Notes: generated by a model from the letters alone, not told the origin. A DNA stretch of 64,000 nucleotides from an uncultured Thermoplasmata archaeon (GCA_963705355.1 OY970070.1:1906960-1970959); one strand, 5' to 3'; counted from the stretch's first letter, positions 9,223 through 19,242 are shown. Numbers and translations: made by a program.

Positions 9223-11852
9223 CCGAAGATACCAAGGCCTTGCTCGAATCACGGGAATGGATGACCTCGTTGAGGACCAACACATCGGCCCACTCTCAAG
9301 AGGCTGAGGGCGGCTGCGGTGTTGTCGGGATAGCCAGTTCCGTCCCTCTCGCGGGGAAGCACATCCTCGGTCCGCTGGTGCAGATGCACAACAGAGGGAA
9401 CGGGAAGGGCGGAGGCATCGCAGCGGTCGGCCTCTCACCAGAGCAGATGGGCGTGCCGAAGAGGGTTCTTGAAGAGGACTACCTTGTCCAGGTCGCCTAT
9501 CTCAAGCCTGCGATACGCGAAGCCCTTGAGGAGGAGTTCATCAAGCCGAACTACAGGATAGAGAGGAAGTACAAGGTCGAGATTAGCACCGACAAGGCGC
9601 TCATTTCATCACTGGAAATCACTCCGCCTGAAGTCTGGAGGTACTTCTGCAGGGCGAAGAAGGAGGCTCTCGACAACTTCGTCAGGAGGCATAAGCTCGA
9701 AAGGCTCGAGCCGCGCAAGGCGGAGGACGAGCTCGTCTATCAGACAAGCTTCAGCATCAACAAGAAGTACTACGCGACATCCGACATGTCCGCCTTCGTC
9801 ATGTCCCACGGAAGGAACATGATTGTGATGAAGATCGTCGGATATGCCGAGGACGTCATCAGGTACTACAAGCTCGAGGATTTGAAAGCGTATGTGTGGA
9901 TCGGGCACCAGAGATACCCGACCAAGGGAAGGGTCTGGCATCCTGGAGGGGCGCACCCGTTCGTGGGCCTTGACGAGGCCCTTGTGCACAACGGCGACTT
10001 CGCCAACTACTACTCAGTTTCCGAGTACCTCGCGCAGAGAAACGTCGTCCCCCTGTTCCTCACGGACACGGAGGTCTCGGTCCTCCTATTCGATGTCCTG
10101 AACAGGGCATACGGCTACCCGCTCGAGTACATCATAGAAGCTTTTGCCCCGACGACCGAGCGCGACTTCACGCTGCTGCCGGAGGAGAAGCAGAAGGTCT
10201 ACAGGGCGATCCAGGCGACGCACATCCATGGTTCCCCAGACGGCCCGTGGTTCTTCATAATCGGCAGGAACTGTTTCTACGAGAACAAGTTCCAGCTGAT
10301 GGGCATCACGGACACATCGATGTTGAGACCACAGGTCTTCGCCCTGGTCGATGGTGGCATTCAGCTCGGCCTCATCGCATCTGAGAAACAGGCGATCGAT
10401 GCCGCTCTCAAGAGCGTCTCCTCAGAATTCCCGTCCGTGCCTGGATATGCCGACATGTACTGGAACGCGAGAGGCGGCAGCCACACGGACGGCGGAGCGT
10501 TCATCTTCAGCCTGTACCCCGAGAAGGGCACTGCGGATGGCATGCGGCTCATATGCACGAACAAGTTCGGAACGCCGGTCACGAGCCCGTCGATGGATTG
10601 GAGCAGGGAGGACGACCTAGCGCTCGCCGAGCCGTTGCCAAGCAGGCCAAAGGTGAGCGACCTGGCGAAGGAGCTGATGGCGAAGAAGAACCCAAGAAGC
10701 GCGCTGGATCTCCTCGTCAGCAAGTTCGGTGAGCTCTCGGGCTCGGAACTCAACGACATCTTCTCCTTCATCGTCCAGCACGCAGCGAAGAGTGATTCGA
10801 CCATGGACGACGGCGTCGAGCTGCTCACCGCGATCATAGACCGCAGGTACTCGTCCGGCAAGTTCAGGCGGAGCAGGATCAACAGGAAGGCGAACGAGGC
10901 TGTCGAGAAGATCCTGAGATCGGCCAGGAGGATCGAGAAGAGCGGCCACTCACTCTATTCTCTAATCGACCTCAAGAACATGGAGAAGCTCGGTGAAGCT
11001 ATCTCGCCATACGACAAGCTCGTCATTGACTGCGCTGGTTTCCCCATGGAAGGCGATGGCGGAGTCTCCTTCGCGATCAAGAGGGCAAGGGACCTCGGAT
11101 GGAACCGCGTGGTCGTCGTCGGCGTTCACGGGCAGAGATTCATCGGTGCTGGTCTCGGGCCGAGGACCAGAGGATTCAAAGTAGATGTGTTTGGCAGCCC
11201 AGGCGATTATCTCGGTTCAGGACTGGACGGAGCAGAGGTCGTCGTTCATGCGAACGGACAGGACCAGCTGGGACAGATTCTCAGCGAGGGCAAGCTGGTC
11301 GTCCACGGGGACGTCGGACAGACTTTCCTGTACGGCGCGAAAGGCGGCGAGGCATACGTTCTCGGCAACGCCGCTGGCAGGCCTTTGATCAACGCTGTCG
11401 GAAAGCCCAAGGTCGTGATAAACGGAACATGCCTCGATTACCTGGCAGAATCGTTCATGGCGGGCAACCCGCTCTACGGCGGAGGGTTCGTCGTCCTGAA
11501 CGGAATGACATTCGATGGCAGAGGAAAGCCGATGGATCTCCCGGCTCCATATCCGGGCGGCAATTTGTTCTCGCTTGCCTCTGGAGGCGCTATCTATGTT
11601 CGAGACCCGAAGAAGCTGGTCGGGGAGGAACAATTGAACGGCGGCAGGATCTCCAGACTTACGAGAGCCGATTGGAACCTGATCCTGCCGCACCTGGAAG
11701 AGAACGAGCGACTCTTCGGAATCTCGGTTGAGGATTTCCTGCTGAAGGTCGACGGCGCGAGCAGACCGCCAGAAGAGATCTACAGGAAGATCGAGGCAGT
11801 GCCGCTGGTCACTCTTGCAGGCACAGCTCAGATGCAGGAGACAGGCGACTAG
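9219..11852 (+). CDS. Glutamate synthase amidotransferase (GltB1) fused to GXGXG domain (GltB3)
   Basis: EGG|CGVVG N-terminal nucleophile, GHQRYPT, AHPF, HNGD, TDTE; C-terminal GQRFIGAG, GDVGQTFLYGAKGG. Confidence 0.88.
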   Translation: MTEDTKALLESREWMTSLRTNTSAHSQEAEGGCGVVGIASSVPLAGKHILGPLVQMHNRGNGKGGGIAAVGLSPEQMGVPKRVLEEDYLVQVAYLKPAIREALEEEFIKPNYRIERKYKVEISTDKALISSLEITPPEVWRYFCRAKKEALDNFVRRHKLERLEPRKAEDELVYQTSFSINKKYYATSDMSAFVMSHGRNMIVMKIVGYAEDVIRYYKLEDLKAYVWIGHQRYPTKGRVWHPGGAHPFVGLDEALVHNGDFANYYSVSEYLAQRNVVPLFLTDTEVSVLLFDVLNRAYGYPLEYIIEAFAPTTERDFTLLPEEKQKVYRAIQATHIHGSPDGPWFFIIGRNCFYENKFQLMGITDTSMLRPQVFALVDGGIQLGLIASEKQAIDAALKSVSSEFPSVPGYADMYWNARGGSHTDGGAFIFSLYPEKGTADGMRLICTNKFGTPVTSPSMDWSREDDLALAEPLPSRPKVSDLAKELMAKKNPRSALDLLVSKFGELSGSELNDIFSFIVQHAAKSDSTMDDGVELLTAIIDRRYSSGKFRRSRINRKANEAVEKILRSARRIEKSGHSLYSLIDLKNMEKLGEAISPYDKLVIDCAGFPMEGDGGVSFAIKRARDLGWNRVVVVGVHGQRFIGAGLGPRTRGFKVDVFGSPGDYLGSGLDGAEVVVHANGQDQLGQILSEGKLVVHGDVGQTFLYGAKGGEAYVLGNAAGRPLINAVGKPKVVINGTCLDYLAESFMAGNPLYGGGFVVLNGMTFDGRGKPMDLPAPYPGGNLFSLASGGAIYVRDPKKLVGEEQLNGGRISRLTRADWNLILPHLEENERLFGISVEDFLLKVDGASRPPEEIYRKIEAVPLVTLAGTAQMQETGD

Positions 11853-12086
11853 CGCGACAATTGTGCCTATTCAAATCGGCTCATTTCCAAACGGCATCGG
11901 CGTTTTTAGAAATGTTTCCGAAATCGAACCTGAAACGTCCCTCTCCATCGGAAGAAACTGCTCCAGACAACTGTGTTCGCGGCAAGCTTAAATACGGACG
12001 TTTTAATCACGCGACCGATAGACATCACGGCCTCGTTCCAAGCCCTCGGGCCGCGCTTCCTGGCCGAGGGCGGGAAGAGTGTTCAA

Positions 12087-12914
12087 ATGTACGAGATAGT
12101 GAAGTCGGAGAAGCTCACTCCGGATGTCATAAGACTGGAGATACGCGCGCCTCAAATCGCGAAGAAGGCGAAAGCGGGACAGTTCGTCATGGTGACACCG
12201 ACTGAGCACGGGGAAAGGATCCCGCTCACCATGGCGGACTTCTCACCGGACGATGGAACGGTCACGATAGCAGCGCTGGAGGTCGGCAAGACCACCAAGG
12301 AGCTCGGCAAGATGAAGGCCGGGGACAAGGTCTTCAGCCTGGTCGGCCCGCTCGGACTCCCGACTCACCTGAAGCAATATGGGAACGTCGTCAGCATCGG
12401 CGGCGGCATAGGCCTCGCTCTGATGTACCCGGTCGTGCGCGCTTTCAAACAGTCCGGCAACCACACAATCAACATCGTCGGCGCAAGGAACGAGAAGCTG
12501 CTGATGTACGAGAAGGAGATCCAGTCCGTCAGCAACGAATTCTTCGTCTGCACCGACGACGGCTCCAAGGGCCACCATGGGTTCGTGAGCGACATCCTGA
12601 AGAAGCTGATTGCCGAGAACAAGAAGATCGACCTCGTCTACGCTGTCGGTCCGATCATCATGATGAAGGTCATCGCTAACATAACGAAGCCATACAACAT
12701 CCCGACAGTCGTCAGCCTCAACCCGATCATGGTCGACGGGACCGGCATGTGCGGCTCGTGCAGGGTGATCATCGCGGGCGAGACCAAGTTCGGCTGCGTA
12801 GACGGGCCCGAGTTCGATGGCCACAAGGTCGACTTCGACAACCTCACGGCCAGGAACAAGAGGTACATCCCCGAGGAGCAGATCTCGCTGAGGAGATTCC
12901 AGGAGACGAAGTAG
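12087..12914 (+). CDS. nfnA: NfnA/SudB-like FAD/[2Fe-2S] subunit
   Basis: AGQFVM, GERIPLT.AD, TDDGS.G.HGFV, MVDGTGMCGSCRV, CVDGPEFDGH. Confidence 0.88.
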   Translation: MYEIVKSEKLTPDVIRLEIRAPQIAKKAKAGQFVMVTPTEHGERIPLTMADFSPDDGTVTIAALEVGKTTKELGKMKAGDKVFSLVGPLGLPTHLKQYGNVVSIGGGIGLALMYPVVRAFKQSGNHTINIVGARNEKLLMYEKEIQSVSNEFFVCTDDGSKGHHGFVSDILKKLIAENKKIDLVYAVGPIIMMKVIANITKPYNIPTVVSLNPIMVDGTGMCGSCRVIIAGETKFGCVDGPEFDGHKVDFDNLTARNKRYIPEEQISLRRFQETK

Positions 12915-14384
12915 ATGGCCGAGGAAGAGAAGAAGCCCAAGAAACTCGTCCCCAAGAAGTACCCGATGCCCGAGCAGGACCCGAAGGAGCGCGTGCACAA
13001 CTTCAACGAGGTGCCGCTTGGTCAGGACGCTCAGGTGGCGATAGCAGAGGCGCAAAGGTGCCTCCAATGCAAGCGCGGGCCGAACAGGAAGGTCTGCATG
13101 GACGGCTGCCCGGTCGAGATCGACATCCCGGTCTTCATCAAAAGGGTCCAAGAGGGGAACTTCGAAGAAGCCATAAGGATCATCAGAGAGAAGCAGAACT
13201 TGCCAGCGGTCTGCGGCAGGGTTTGCCCGTACGAGAACCAGTGCGAGGGCGTCTGCATCGTCGGCAAGAAGAACGAGCCCGTCGGGATCGGCAGGCTTGA
13301 GAGATACCTTGCGGACTGGGAGAGGAAGCAGGGCAAGACGGGCAAGATCGAGGTTCCTCCGCCGACAGGGAAGAAGATCGCAGTTGTGGGCGGCGGTCCA
13401 GCGGGTCTCACGGTCGCGGGCGACCTCGCCAGACTGGGCCACAAGGTGACCATCTTCGAGGCGCTGCAGTACTGCGGCGGCGTGCTGATCTACGGCATCC
13501 CAGAGTTCAGGCTTCCGAAGGAGATCGTGAGAGCAGAGGTCGACTACATCAGGAGGATGGGAGTCGAGATTTTCAACGACTTCGTCGTCGGCAAGCTCGA
13601 GACCGTCGATGAGATGCTGGAGGACTACGACGTTGTCTTCGTGGGAACCGGCGCTGGTCTTCCCGACTGGACCGGCCTTCAGGGGGAGAACCTGAACGGC
13701 ATCATGTCCGCCAACGAGTTCCTGACAAGGGTCAATCTGATGAAGGGCTACAAGTTCCCGGAGTACGACACCCCAATACGCGTGGGCGAGCGCGTGGTCA
13801 CCATCGGCGGAGGCAACGTCGCAATGGACTGCGCGAGGACTTCGCTCAGGCTGGGCTGCAAGGAATCGGTCATCCTCTACAGGAGATCGGACGCAGAGCT
13901 GCCGGCCAGACGCGAGGAGATACACCACGCCAAGGAGGAGGGCGTCAGGTTCGAGCTGCTCGCAGCTCCGCTCGAGTTCATCGGAGACGAGTGCGGCAAC
14001 GTGAAGCAGGTCAAGGCCATCCGCATGCAGCTCGGTGAGCCGGACGCGTCGGGAAGGAAGAGGCCGATCAAGATCCCCGGCTCGGAGTTCCTGATCGATG
14101 CTCAGACAGTCCTGATCGCCATTGGCCAGAGCCCGAATCCGCTGGTCCCGATGACAACGCCCGACCTCAAGACGACCAAGGAGGGCACGATAGCTGTCGA
14201 CCCCGAGGGCAGGACCTCGAAGAAAGGAGTTTTCGCAGGCGGAGACATAGCGTCAGGCGCTGCGACCGTCATCCTTGCAATGGGGGACGGAAAGCGCGCC
14301 GCGAAGGCCATGCACAAGTACCTCACTGAGGACCCGTCTTGGCCGTCACCCGAAGTGTTCGAGAAGCTATCTTGCGAGATCTAG
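12915..14384 (+). CDS. nfnB: NfnB/SudA/GltD-like NADPH-dependent flavoprotein
   Basis: EAQRCLQCK, CMDGCPV.IDIP, CGRVCP.E.QCE, GGGPAGL, GGGNVAMDCAR; directly follows nfnA. Confidence 0.88.
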   Translation: MAEEEKKPKKLVPKKYPMPEQDPKERVHNFNEVPLGQDAQVAIAEAQRCLQCKRGPNRKVCMDGCPVEIDIPVFIKRVQEGNFEEAIRIIREKQNLPAVCGRVCPYENQCEGVCIVGKKNEPVGIGRLERYLADWERKQGKTGKIEVPPPTGKKIAVVGGGPAGLTVAGDLARLGHKVTIFEALQYCGGVLIYGIPEFRLPKEIVRAEVDYIRRMGVEIFNDFVVGKLETVDEMLEDYDVVFVGTGAGLPDWTGLQGENLNGIMSANEFLTRVNLMKGYKFPEYDTPIRVGERVVTIGGGNVAMDCARTSLRLGCKESVILYRRSDAELPARREEIHHAKEEGVRFELLAAPLEFIGDECGNVKQVKAIRMQLGEPDASGRKRPIKIPGSEFLIDAQTVLIAIGQSPNPLVPMTTPDLKTTKEGTIAVDPEGRTSKKGVFAGGDIASGAATVILAMGDGKRAAKAMHKYLTEDPSWPSPEVFEKLSCEI

Positions 14385-14482
14385 GACGGCATTCTCGGAC
14401 CATATCAAACCTCTTGATCATCTGATTTCCATCATTGGATAAAAGTGCAGTTCATGCAACATCTAGAACCAATTTGAACAAT

Positions 14483-16309
14483 TTACGCGGGCTTCTGTTT
14501 CAGGGGCAGAGCCATGTGGAATGTGCTCCCGACTCCCTTCTTGCTCTCGAACCACATCTCCCCGCCATGCCTCTTGACGATCTCCCTGCTCGTGTAGAGG
14601 CCTATGCCCACTCTTCCGTCCGCCCTTACCAGGCCAGCGTCCGCGAGGAAGAACCTGTCGAACAGTTTGTCGCGGTCCTCTTCGGCAATGCCTATCCCAG
14701 TGTCCCTCACCCAGATGTGCACCTTCCCGCCCAGGATGTCCGCTCCGATCGTTATCTTGCCGCCCGGGTCAGTGTACTTCACCGCGTTGCTGACGAGGTT
14801 CTCGATGACGTCGTGGATCCTGAGCCGGTCGGCCCGAACGACCGGCAGCTCGGTCCCGAAGAGCACGTTGACCGCATGATTCTTGCCCTTGACCTCGCGG
14901 TCCAGGTCAGCGACTACCTCCTTCGTGACCATCGCGAGGTTGACCGACTCGAAGTCCAGTGCCAGGGTCTTGTTCTGCAGCCTGGACATCTCAAGCATCG
15001 CCGAGATCAGTGAGTTAATCCTGTTGACCTGCTCGAGAATGCTATTGAACTTGTCCTTCATCTTCGGGCTGATGTCACCGTACATCCCGGCTGAGGCCAT
15101 CTCTAGATACCCGAGGATGGTGGTCAGGGGAGTCCTCAGCTCGTGCGATATGGTGTCGACCAGGCTGTCCTTCATCTTGTCCAGGTCCTTCATCTCCTCC
15201 AACGCCCGCTGGACCTGCTCGAAGTTCTGCTGCAGCTCCTCCCTAAGCCTCGCGTTCTCAAGGGCGATTGCAGCGTGGGCGGCGAAAGGCTCCGCGACGG
15301 CGTACTCGACCCCCGTGAACTTCCTGCTCTTGTCCCTGTAGAGCTCAAGTACTCCCTCTACGCCATGCTGTCCCTTCAGCGGAATCGCCATGATGGTTTG
15401 GCGGACCTCGATGTCCTCGATTCCGGGGATGTCTTCCACTCTGGAATCGTCCATGGAGTCCTCGACGATGTCGACCTTGCCAGTCTGGGCGACCTCTCCA
15501 GCGAGACCTGAAATAGGACCTACGTCGGCCATGACCTCGTCTGCATAGGGGCCGGTCGCGTGAACGGGAACAAGCAGTCCCTTGTTCCAATCGACGAGAT
15601 AGACGCTCACCTCGTCAAAAGGCACGAGATCGTTCAGCCTCTCGGCTATGACCTTCAAGGTCTCCTTGAGGTCGACTGGCTGTTGCATCGCAACTGTCGT
15701 GTCGAGCAGAGCTCTGAACAACTTCACCGTTCTGTTCAGCGCCCCGACGAGCCTGGCGTTCGTGATGGCAATCGATGCCAGCCTGGCGAACACCTCCATC
15801 TGGACGACGAACTGCGCAGATGGTATCTTCCGGTTTCTGGGGCCGTCGGGCTCAAGCCAGCCGACCATGTTCCCGTCGGCATCCTCGAAGACCACATAGA
15901 GCACATCGAGCTCGTGCCAATCGTCTGGATTCTCTCTCGGCAGCTTCACCCTGTCAGGGTGGAGCACGCTGTAGTAGTCGCTGGAGTTCGCTCCCGCCTC
16001 TGATTTCATGAAGTAGGTGAGCTTTCCGATCCTCTGCGCGTTCGCCAGGTCGCTTTTGATGGTTTGGCGAGACTTGGTCAATCCCTCGATCTTCTTTGAC
16101 ACTTCTATGGGGAATCCCTTGCTCGTCTTGAGCACGAAGTTGTCGTGCTCCTCGTCGTACAGGAAGGCGTCACAGGCCTCGAAGCCGAATTCGTCCGTGA
16201 TGTCGTCGATGATCAACTTCAGGATCGTGTCGACATCCCGGGTGTTCATAATTGCTGTGGCAAGTTCGAGGGTCTTGCCCAGCATGTCCTCTTGCACAGA
16301 CTCGTTCAT
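14483..16309 (-). CDS. Cytoplasmic sensor histidine kinase (GAF-GAF-HisKA-HATPase)
   Basis: SHELRTPLT, NLVSNAVKYT, DTGIGI, GIGL; two GAF-like segments ending in AITNARL and ALENARL. Confidence 0.92.
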   Translation of the reverse strand: MNESVQEDMLGKTLELATAIMNTRDVDTILKLIIDDITDEFGFEACDAFLYDEEHDNFVLKTSKGFPIEVSKKIEGLTKSRQTIKSDLANAQRIGKLTYFMKSEAGANSSDYYSVLHPDRVKLPRENPDDWHELDVLYVVFEDADGNMVGWLEPDGPRNRKIPSAQFVVQMEVFARLASIAITNARLVGALNRTVKLFRALLDTTVAMQQPVDLKETLKVIAERLNDLVPFDEVSVYLVDWNKGLLVPVHATGPYADEVMADVGPISGLAGEVAQTGKVDIVEDSMDDSRVEDIPGIEDIEVRQTIMAIPLKGQHGVEGVLELYRDKSRKFTGVEYAVAEPFAAHAAIALENARLREELQQNFEQVQRALEEMKDLDKMKDSLVDTISHELRTPLTTILGYLEMASAGMYGDISPKMKDKFNSILEQVNRINSLISAMLEMSRLQNKTLALDFESVNLAMVTKEVVADLDREVKGKNHAVNVLFGTELPVVRADRLRIHDVIENLVSNAVKYTDPGGKITIGADILGGKVHIWVRDTGIGIAEEDRDKLFDRFFLADAGLVRADGRVGIGLYTSREIVKRHGGEMWFESKKGVGSTFHMALPLKQKPA

Positions 16310-16428
16310 GCGGTGTAGTATATTTCCTTTTTTTGCACAGACAATTCAGTCATGAGGACGTCTGCTGAGAATGGTGATTATGGAGGTTTAGTCAGGTCCT
16401 AGAGGCTCCGTCTTCACATGAAAGCCGT

Positions 16429-16839
16429 TCAGACCTTCTTCCAGAACAGCCCGCAGTAGCATTTGCCGTGCCGTTCCACGTCCCCGCCCCTGGTCGGCTT
16501 GCAGGGACACTGGTATTCCGGAACGTGTTCCATCCTGCACGGGCAGTAGAAGTCGCCGAATCTCTTGTTCTTCCCGAGGAGGCCCTCGATCAATTCCTCC
16601 TTCATGTCGTTGAACAGGTATCCGTGGAGTCTGGCGTACTCGTCGACCCTTTCTCGGATCTCCTTCTCGGCTCCCTTTTCGGGTCTTTCGCCGACCCATC
16701 CCTCGGGGGAACGCTTCAGCCTCAGCTTCTGCCCGCAGATCGGGCATATGACTATGCTGCCTTCCTTCCAGCCATCGACGAACTTGAACCTCGCGAGACA
16801 CACGGGGCAGTATATCCTCTCTGGCTGTTTCCCATTCAT
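16429..16839 (-). CDS. Ferredoxin:thioredoxin reductase catalytic-subunit-like protein with N-terminal Zn ribbon
   Basis: YCPCR...CPCK...GKCYCGLF; N-terminal CPVC..CPICG. Confidence 0.85.
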   Translation of the reverse strand: MNGKQPERIYCPVCLARFKFVDGWKEGSIVICPICGQKLRLKRSPEGWVGERPEKGAEKEIRERVDEYARLHGYLFNDMKEELIEGLLGKNKRFGDFYCPCRMEHVPEYQCPCKPTRGGDVERHGKCYCGLFWKKV

Positions 16840-17096
16840 ACCTTCAGAGCCTTCCTCAGCTTGTCCTCGTCGTGCCCAACGATGATCTCTTTTCCGATTA
16901 TGACCACTGGGAACGATCTCTTACCTGTGAGCTTCTCTATCTCCTCCAGAACCTCGTCCTGCTTCGCATCGTCCAGGAGGTCCACATCAGTGCAGTCGTA
17001 GGCGATCTTGTGCTCATCCAAGAACCGTTTCGTCCTCTTGCAGTAGGGACAGGTGCTCAACGCATAGACTTTTGGCTTCTCTTTCATCATCATCAC
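16836..17096 (-). CDS. Glutaredoxin
   Basis: STCPYCK, SFPVVII; overlaps the start of the FTR-like gene. Confidence 0.9.
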   Translation of the reverse strand: MMMMKEKPKVYALSTCPYCKRTKRFLDEHKIAYDCTDVDLLDDAKQDEVLEEIEKLTGKRSFPVVIIGKEIIVGHDEDKLRKALKV

Positions 17097-17195
17097 TCAC
17101 TCCGAACAGCATCTCAGCGATCTCGATGCTTTGTTGTCGGTGAAAGGATAGGAGTAGGATAAATCGTTTGTCCAGAACATGCGCTCATTTGAGAC

Positions 17196-18296
17196 CTAGC
17201 CTGCAGTCTTGCCCAGTATCCTGCGGCATAGCTCCAGCTGCCTCGACACGGTCGGATGCTTCTCCTCATTAACGAACTTAACCTTCACATTCTCACCCAT
17301 GTAGTCGGAGCTGCTCTTGCCTCCCCACTCTCCGTACACCAGTATCTCCTCGTTGTCAAGCGAGACCAATCCGAAAGTGACCGCGAGGTCGTAGATCAGG
17401 TCTGAGGTCTTCCACGGGTCTATCCTCGCATGTTCGGGGACGGCGAATGGCAGCTCTAGCTGCATGGTCATGAGCTCGCTGGTTCTGGCGTGATTCACCA
17501 TGTCCTCGTCTGCTGTGAGCAGGAACACGTCGTAGTCTCCGCCCCTCGCCCAGTACTTGTACGACTGCGCGATCTCAATGTCGTTCCTCTCCTTGCCCTT
17601 GGCCGCAGTTCCCTTGACCCTCAGCGCTCTGAGATCCGTGAGCAGATAGTTCATCTCGTTGAAGGCCAGCTTCGCGATCCTTGTGCGTCTTCCGCTTCCG
17701 TTCGAGAACTCCTTCAGCAGCTCGGGATGCGCAAGGACCTGCCCCAGAGCTTGGATCTCATCTCTGGAGTACTTGTGTGTGATCTTCGAATCGAGCTCCA
17801 TCTGGACGACCTCGCTCAGAACATATCTGAAATCCGTCGCCTCGATTGTTCGCCCGGAGAAATCATCCTTCAGTGGCAGGTGCCTGGATAGGAATCGGTC
17901 GTAGAGGATGTTCGTGTCCACCGCGACGAACACTGGTCGTGGCCGCTTGTTCGGATCCCTCGCCTCGTCCCTTAGCTCGATGAGCTTCTTGGTGATCTCT
18001 GTTTCGTTCTTGTAGTTGAGGAAACCGGAGGAGAGCAGACAGTTCCTGAGATCCGTATAGCTCGGCAGCTCGTCCGCGCTCACAGCTCTGTCAAGTGGCT
18101 TCTTGGTCGTCCTCATCCAGTCAAATGCGTCCGGCCTCACTATCTTCGTGAGCTCTGGTTTTTCGATATCCAGCGTGAAAAGCTCGACTTCATAGAACGG
18201 ATACGAGACATGGACATACCTCTTGTCTCCGCGGTAGATTGCGTTGGTGAGTATCTGGAGCTCGTTCCTGGACATCACGAGCTCCTTCACTTCCAC
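17196..18296 (-). CDS. PIN-domain ribonuclease
   Basis: VAVDTNIL, SEVVQMELD, NDIEIA, LLTADEDM: full PIN acidic set. Confidence 0.8.
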   Translation of the reverse strand: MEVKELVMSRNELQILTNAIYRGDKRYVHVSYPFYEVELFTLDIEKPELTKIVRPDAFDWMRTTKKPLDRAVSADELPSYTDLRNCLLSSGFLNYKNETEITKKLIELRDEARDPNKRPRPVFVAVDTNILYDRFLSRHLPLKDDFSGRTIEATDFRYVLSEVVQMELDSKITHKYSRDEIQALGQVLAHPELLKEFSNGSGRRTRIAKLAFNEMNYLLTDLRALRVKGTAAKGKERNDIEIAQSYKYWARGGDYDVFLLTADEDMVNHARTSELMTMQLELPFAVPEHARIDPWKTSDLIYDLAVTFGLVSLDNEEILVYGEWGGKSSSDYMGENVKVKFVNEEKHPTVSRQLELCRRILGKTAG

Positions 18297-18766
18297 ACCT
18301 CCTCTTTGAGGTCCACGAAGTGCTGGAGATGGAAGGGTATCATCGGGTAGGGGTTGGTGGCGTTCCTCATGTCCTCGAGGTAGAGATAGTAGACGTGGTC
18401 CACCTGCTTCTGCCAGGCGGAAAGAAGTGCCGACGAGATAATGGCCTTCCTTCCTGGCGTGATGTCTATCGCCACCTCGTTCCCCGCAGCTCTCTCCTCC
18501 TCCATGACTGCCGTGATCTTCTTCCCCGACGACGTGAAGTCGCCCTCGTCTATCGTCCTAAGCACAGGCTCGATCCTCTTGCCGTAGGATTCCGTCAGGG
18601 TCCTTATCCATTCTGAGAGAGCGCGAGCATCATTTTCCCTGCCAAGTGTGACGAAAAGATAGATCTTGTCAGGCAGGTAGCCCTTGCAGCAGATCGCCGC
18701 CCAGAGGCTGTTGAGAACAGGCCACTTGCTGATGCCTGTCATCGTGATGTAGATCTTCTGAGCCAT
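18287..18766 (-). CDS. Stand-alone CARF-like (Rossmann) protein
   Basis: N-terminal YITMTGIS.W and VAIDITPGRK (DxTxGxK) CARF motifs; overlaps the PIN gene; ATG 18766 follows TATA-like TTTTATCA. Confidence 0.72.
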   Translation of the reverse strand: MAQKIYITMTGISKWPVLNSLWAAICCKGYLPDKIYLFVTLGRENDARALSEWIRTLTESYGKRIEPVLRTIDEGDFTSSGKKITAVMEEERAAGNEVAIDITPGRKAIISSALLSAWQKQVDHVYYLYLEDMRNATNPYPMIPFHLQHFVDLKEEVWK

Positions 18767-19051
18767 TCCCGTCAAGATAACGGCTATGTCCATGATAAAA
18801 TCCTTGCCGACAATAAGGGCCGCGGAGACGATTGGCGTCTTTCTGCGTGATTGTTGAGTCGAGGATTGGTGTCGAAACCTTTCTTCCAGAGCGCCGGAGC
18901 TCGGCTTTGTTTCCGCCAGAAGGTTCCGGAATCTCGAATCGAGAATCGACCACTGCACAACTTTGGTCGTTCAACGTTTGTGTTGCTTGCGGATAGGCCC
19001 ATAGAACACTACAAATAGATGCATGCTATTTCTTGACTCGGGGGTGAAAGC

Positions 19052-19228
19052 CTGAGGAGAATTTGGATAGTCGTAGCCGGAGTGCTAGCATTGGGGGTAA
19101 CTGTCGCACTCGCTGTTGTCGGTGTCGCTCCTGACGGAGGACACACATGGTTGCATGCAATCCATACTGCAGTGAGCTCTGTTGCCGACAAGGTTAGCGC
19201 AACTGGCGGCCACACATGGCTCACCTGA
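19052..19228 (+). CDS. Secreted peptide precursor (58 aa) with two GGHTWL repeats; not in the ORF track
   Basis: GGGGGTG SD (19040-46) 5 nt before CTG; MRRIWIVVAGVLALGVTVALAVVGVAPDGGHTWLHAIHTAVSSVADKVSATGGHTWLT*; the repeats differ only at synonymous positions. Confidence 0.75.
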   Translation: MRRIWIVVAGVLALGVTVALAVVGVAPDGGHTWLHAIHTAVSSVADKVSATGGHTWLT

Positions 19229-19242
19229 GTGTGAAAACCGAA

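Noticed and set aside
12043..12071. GC-rich hairpin GCCCTCGG/CCGAGGGC upstream of nfnA
   Set aside because: A single stem with no further support; could be a stability element or chance.
12243..13928. 561-aa minus-strand ORF
   Set aside because: Antisense shadow of the GC-biased nfnAB genes; no motifs.
19009..19224. 71-aa minus-strand ORF with HVWPP/HVCPP near-repeat
   Set aside because: Antisense of the peptide gene; the repeat is exactly conserved only in the + frame, which also has the SD and signal peptide.
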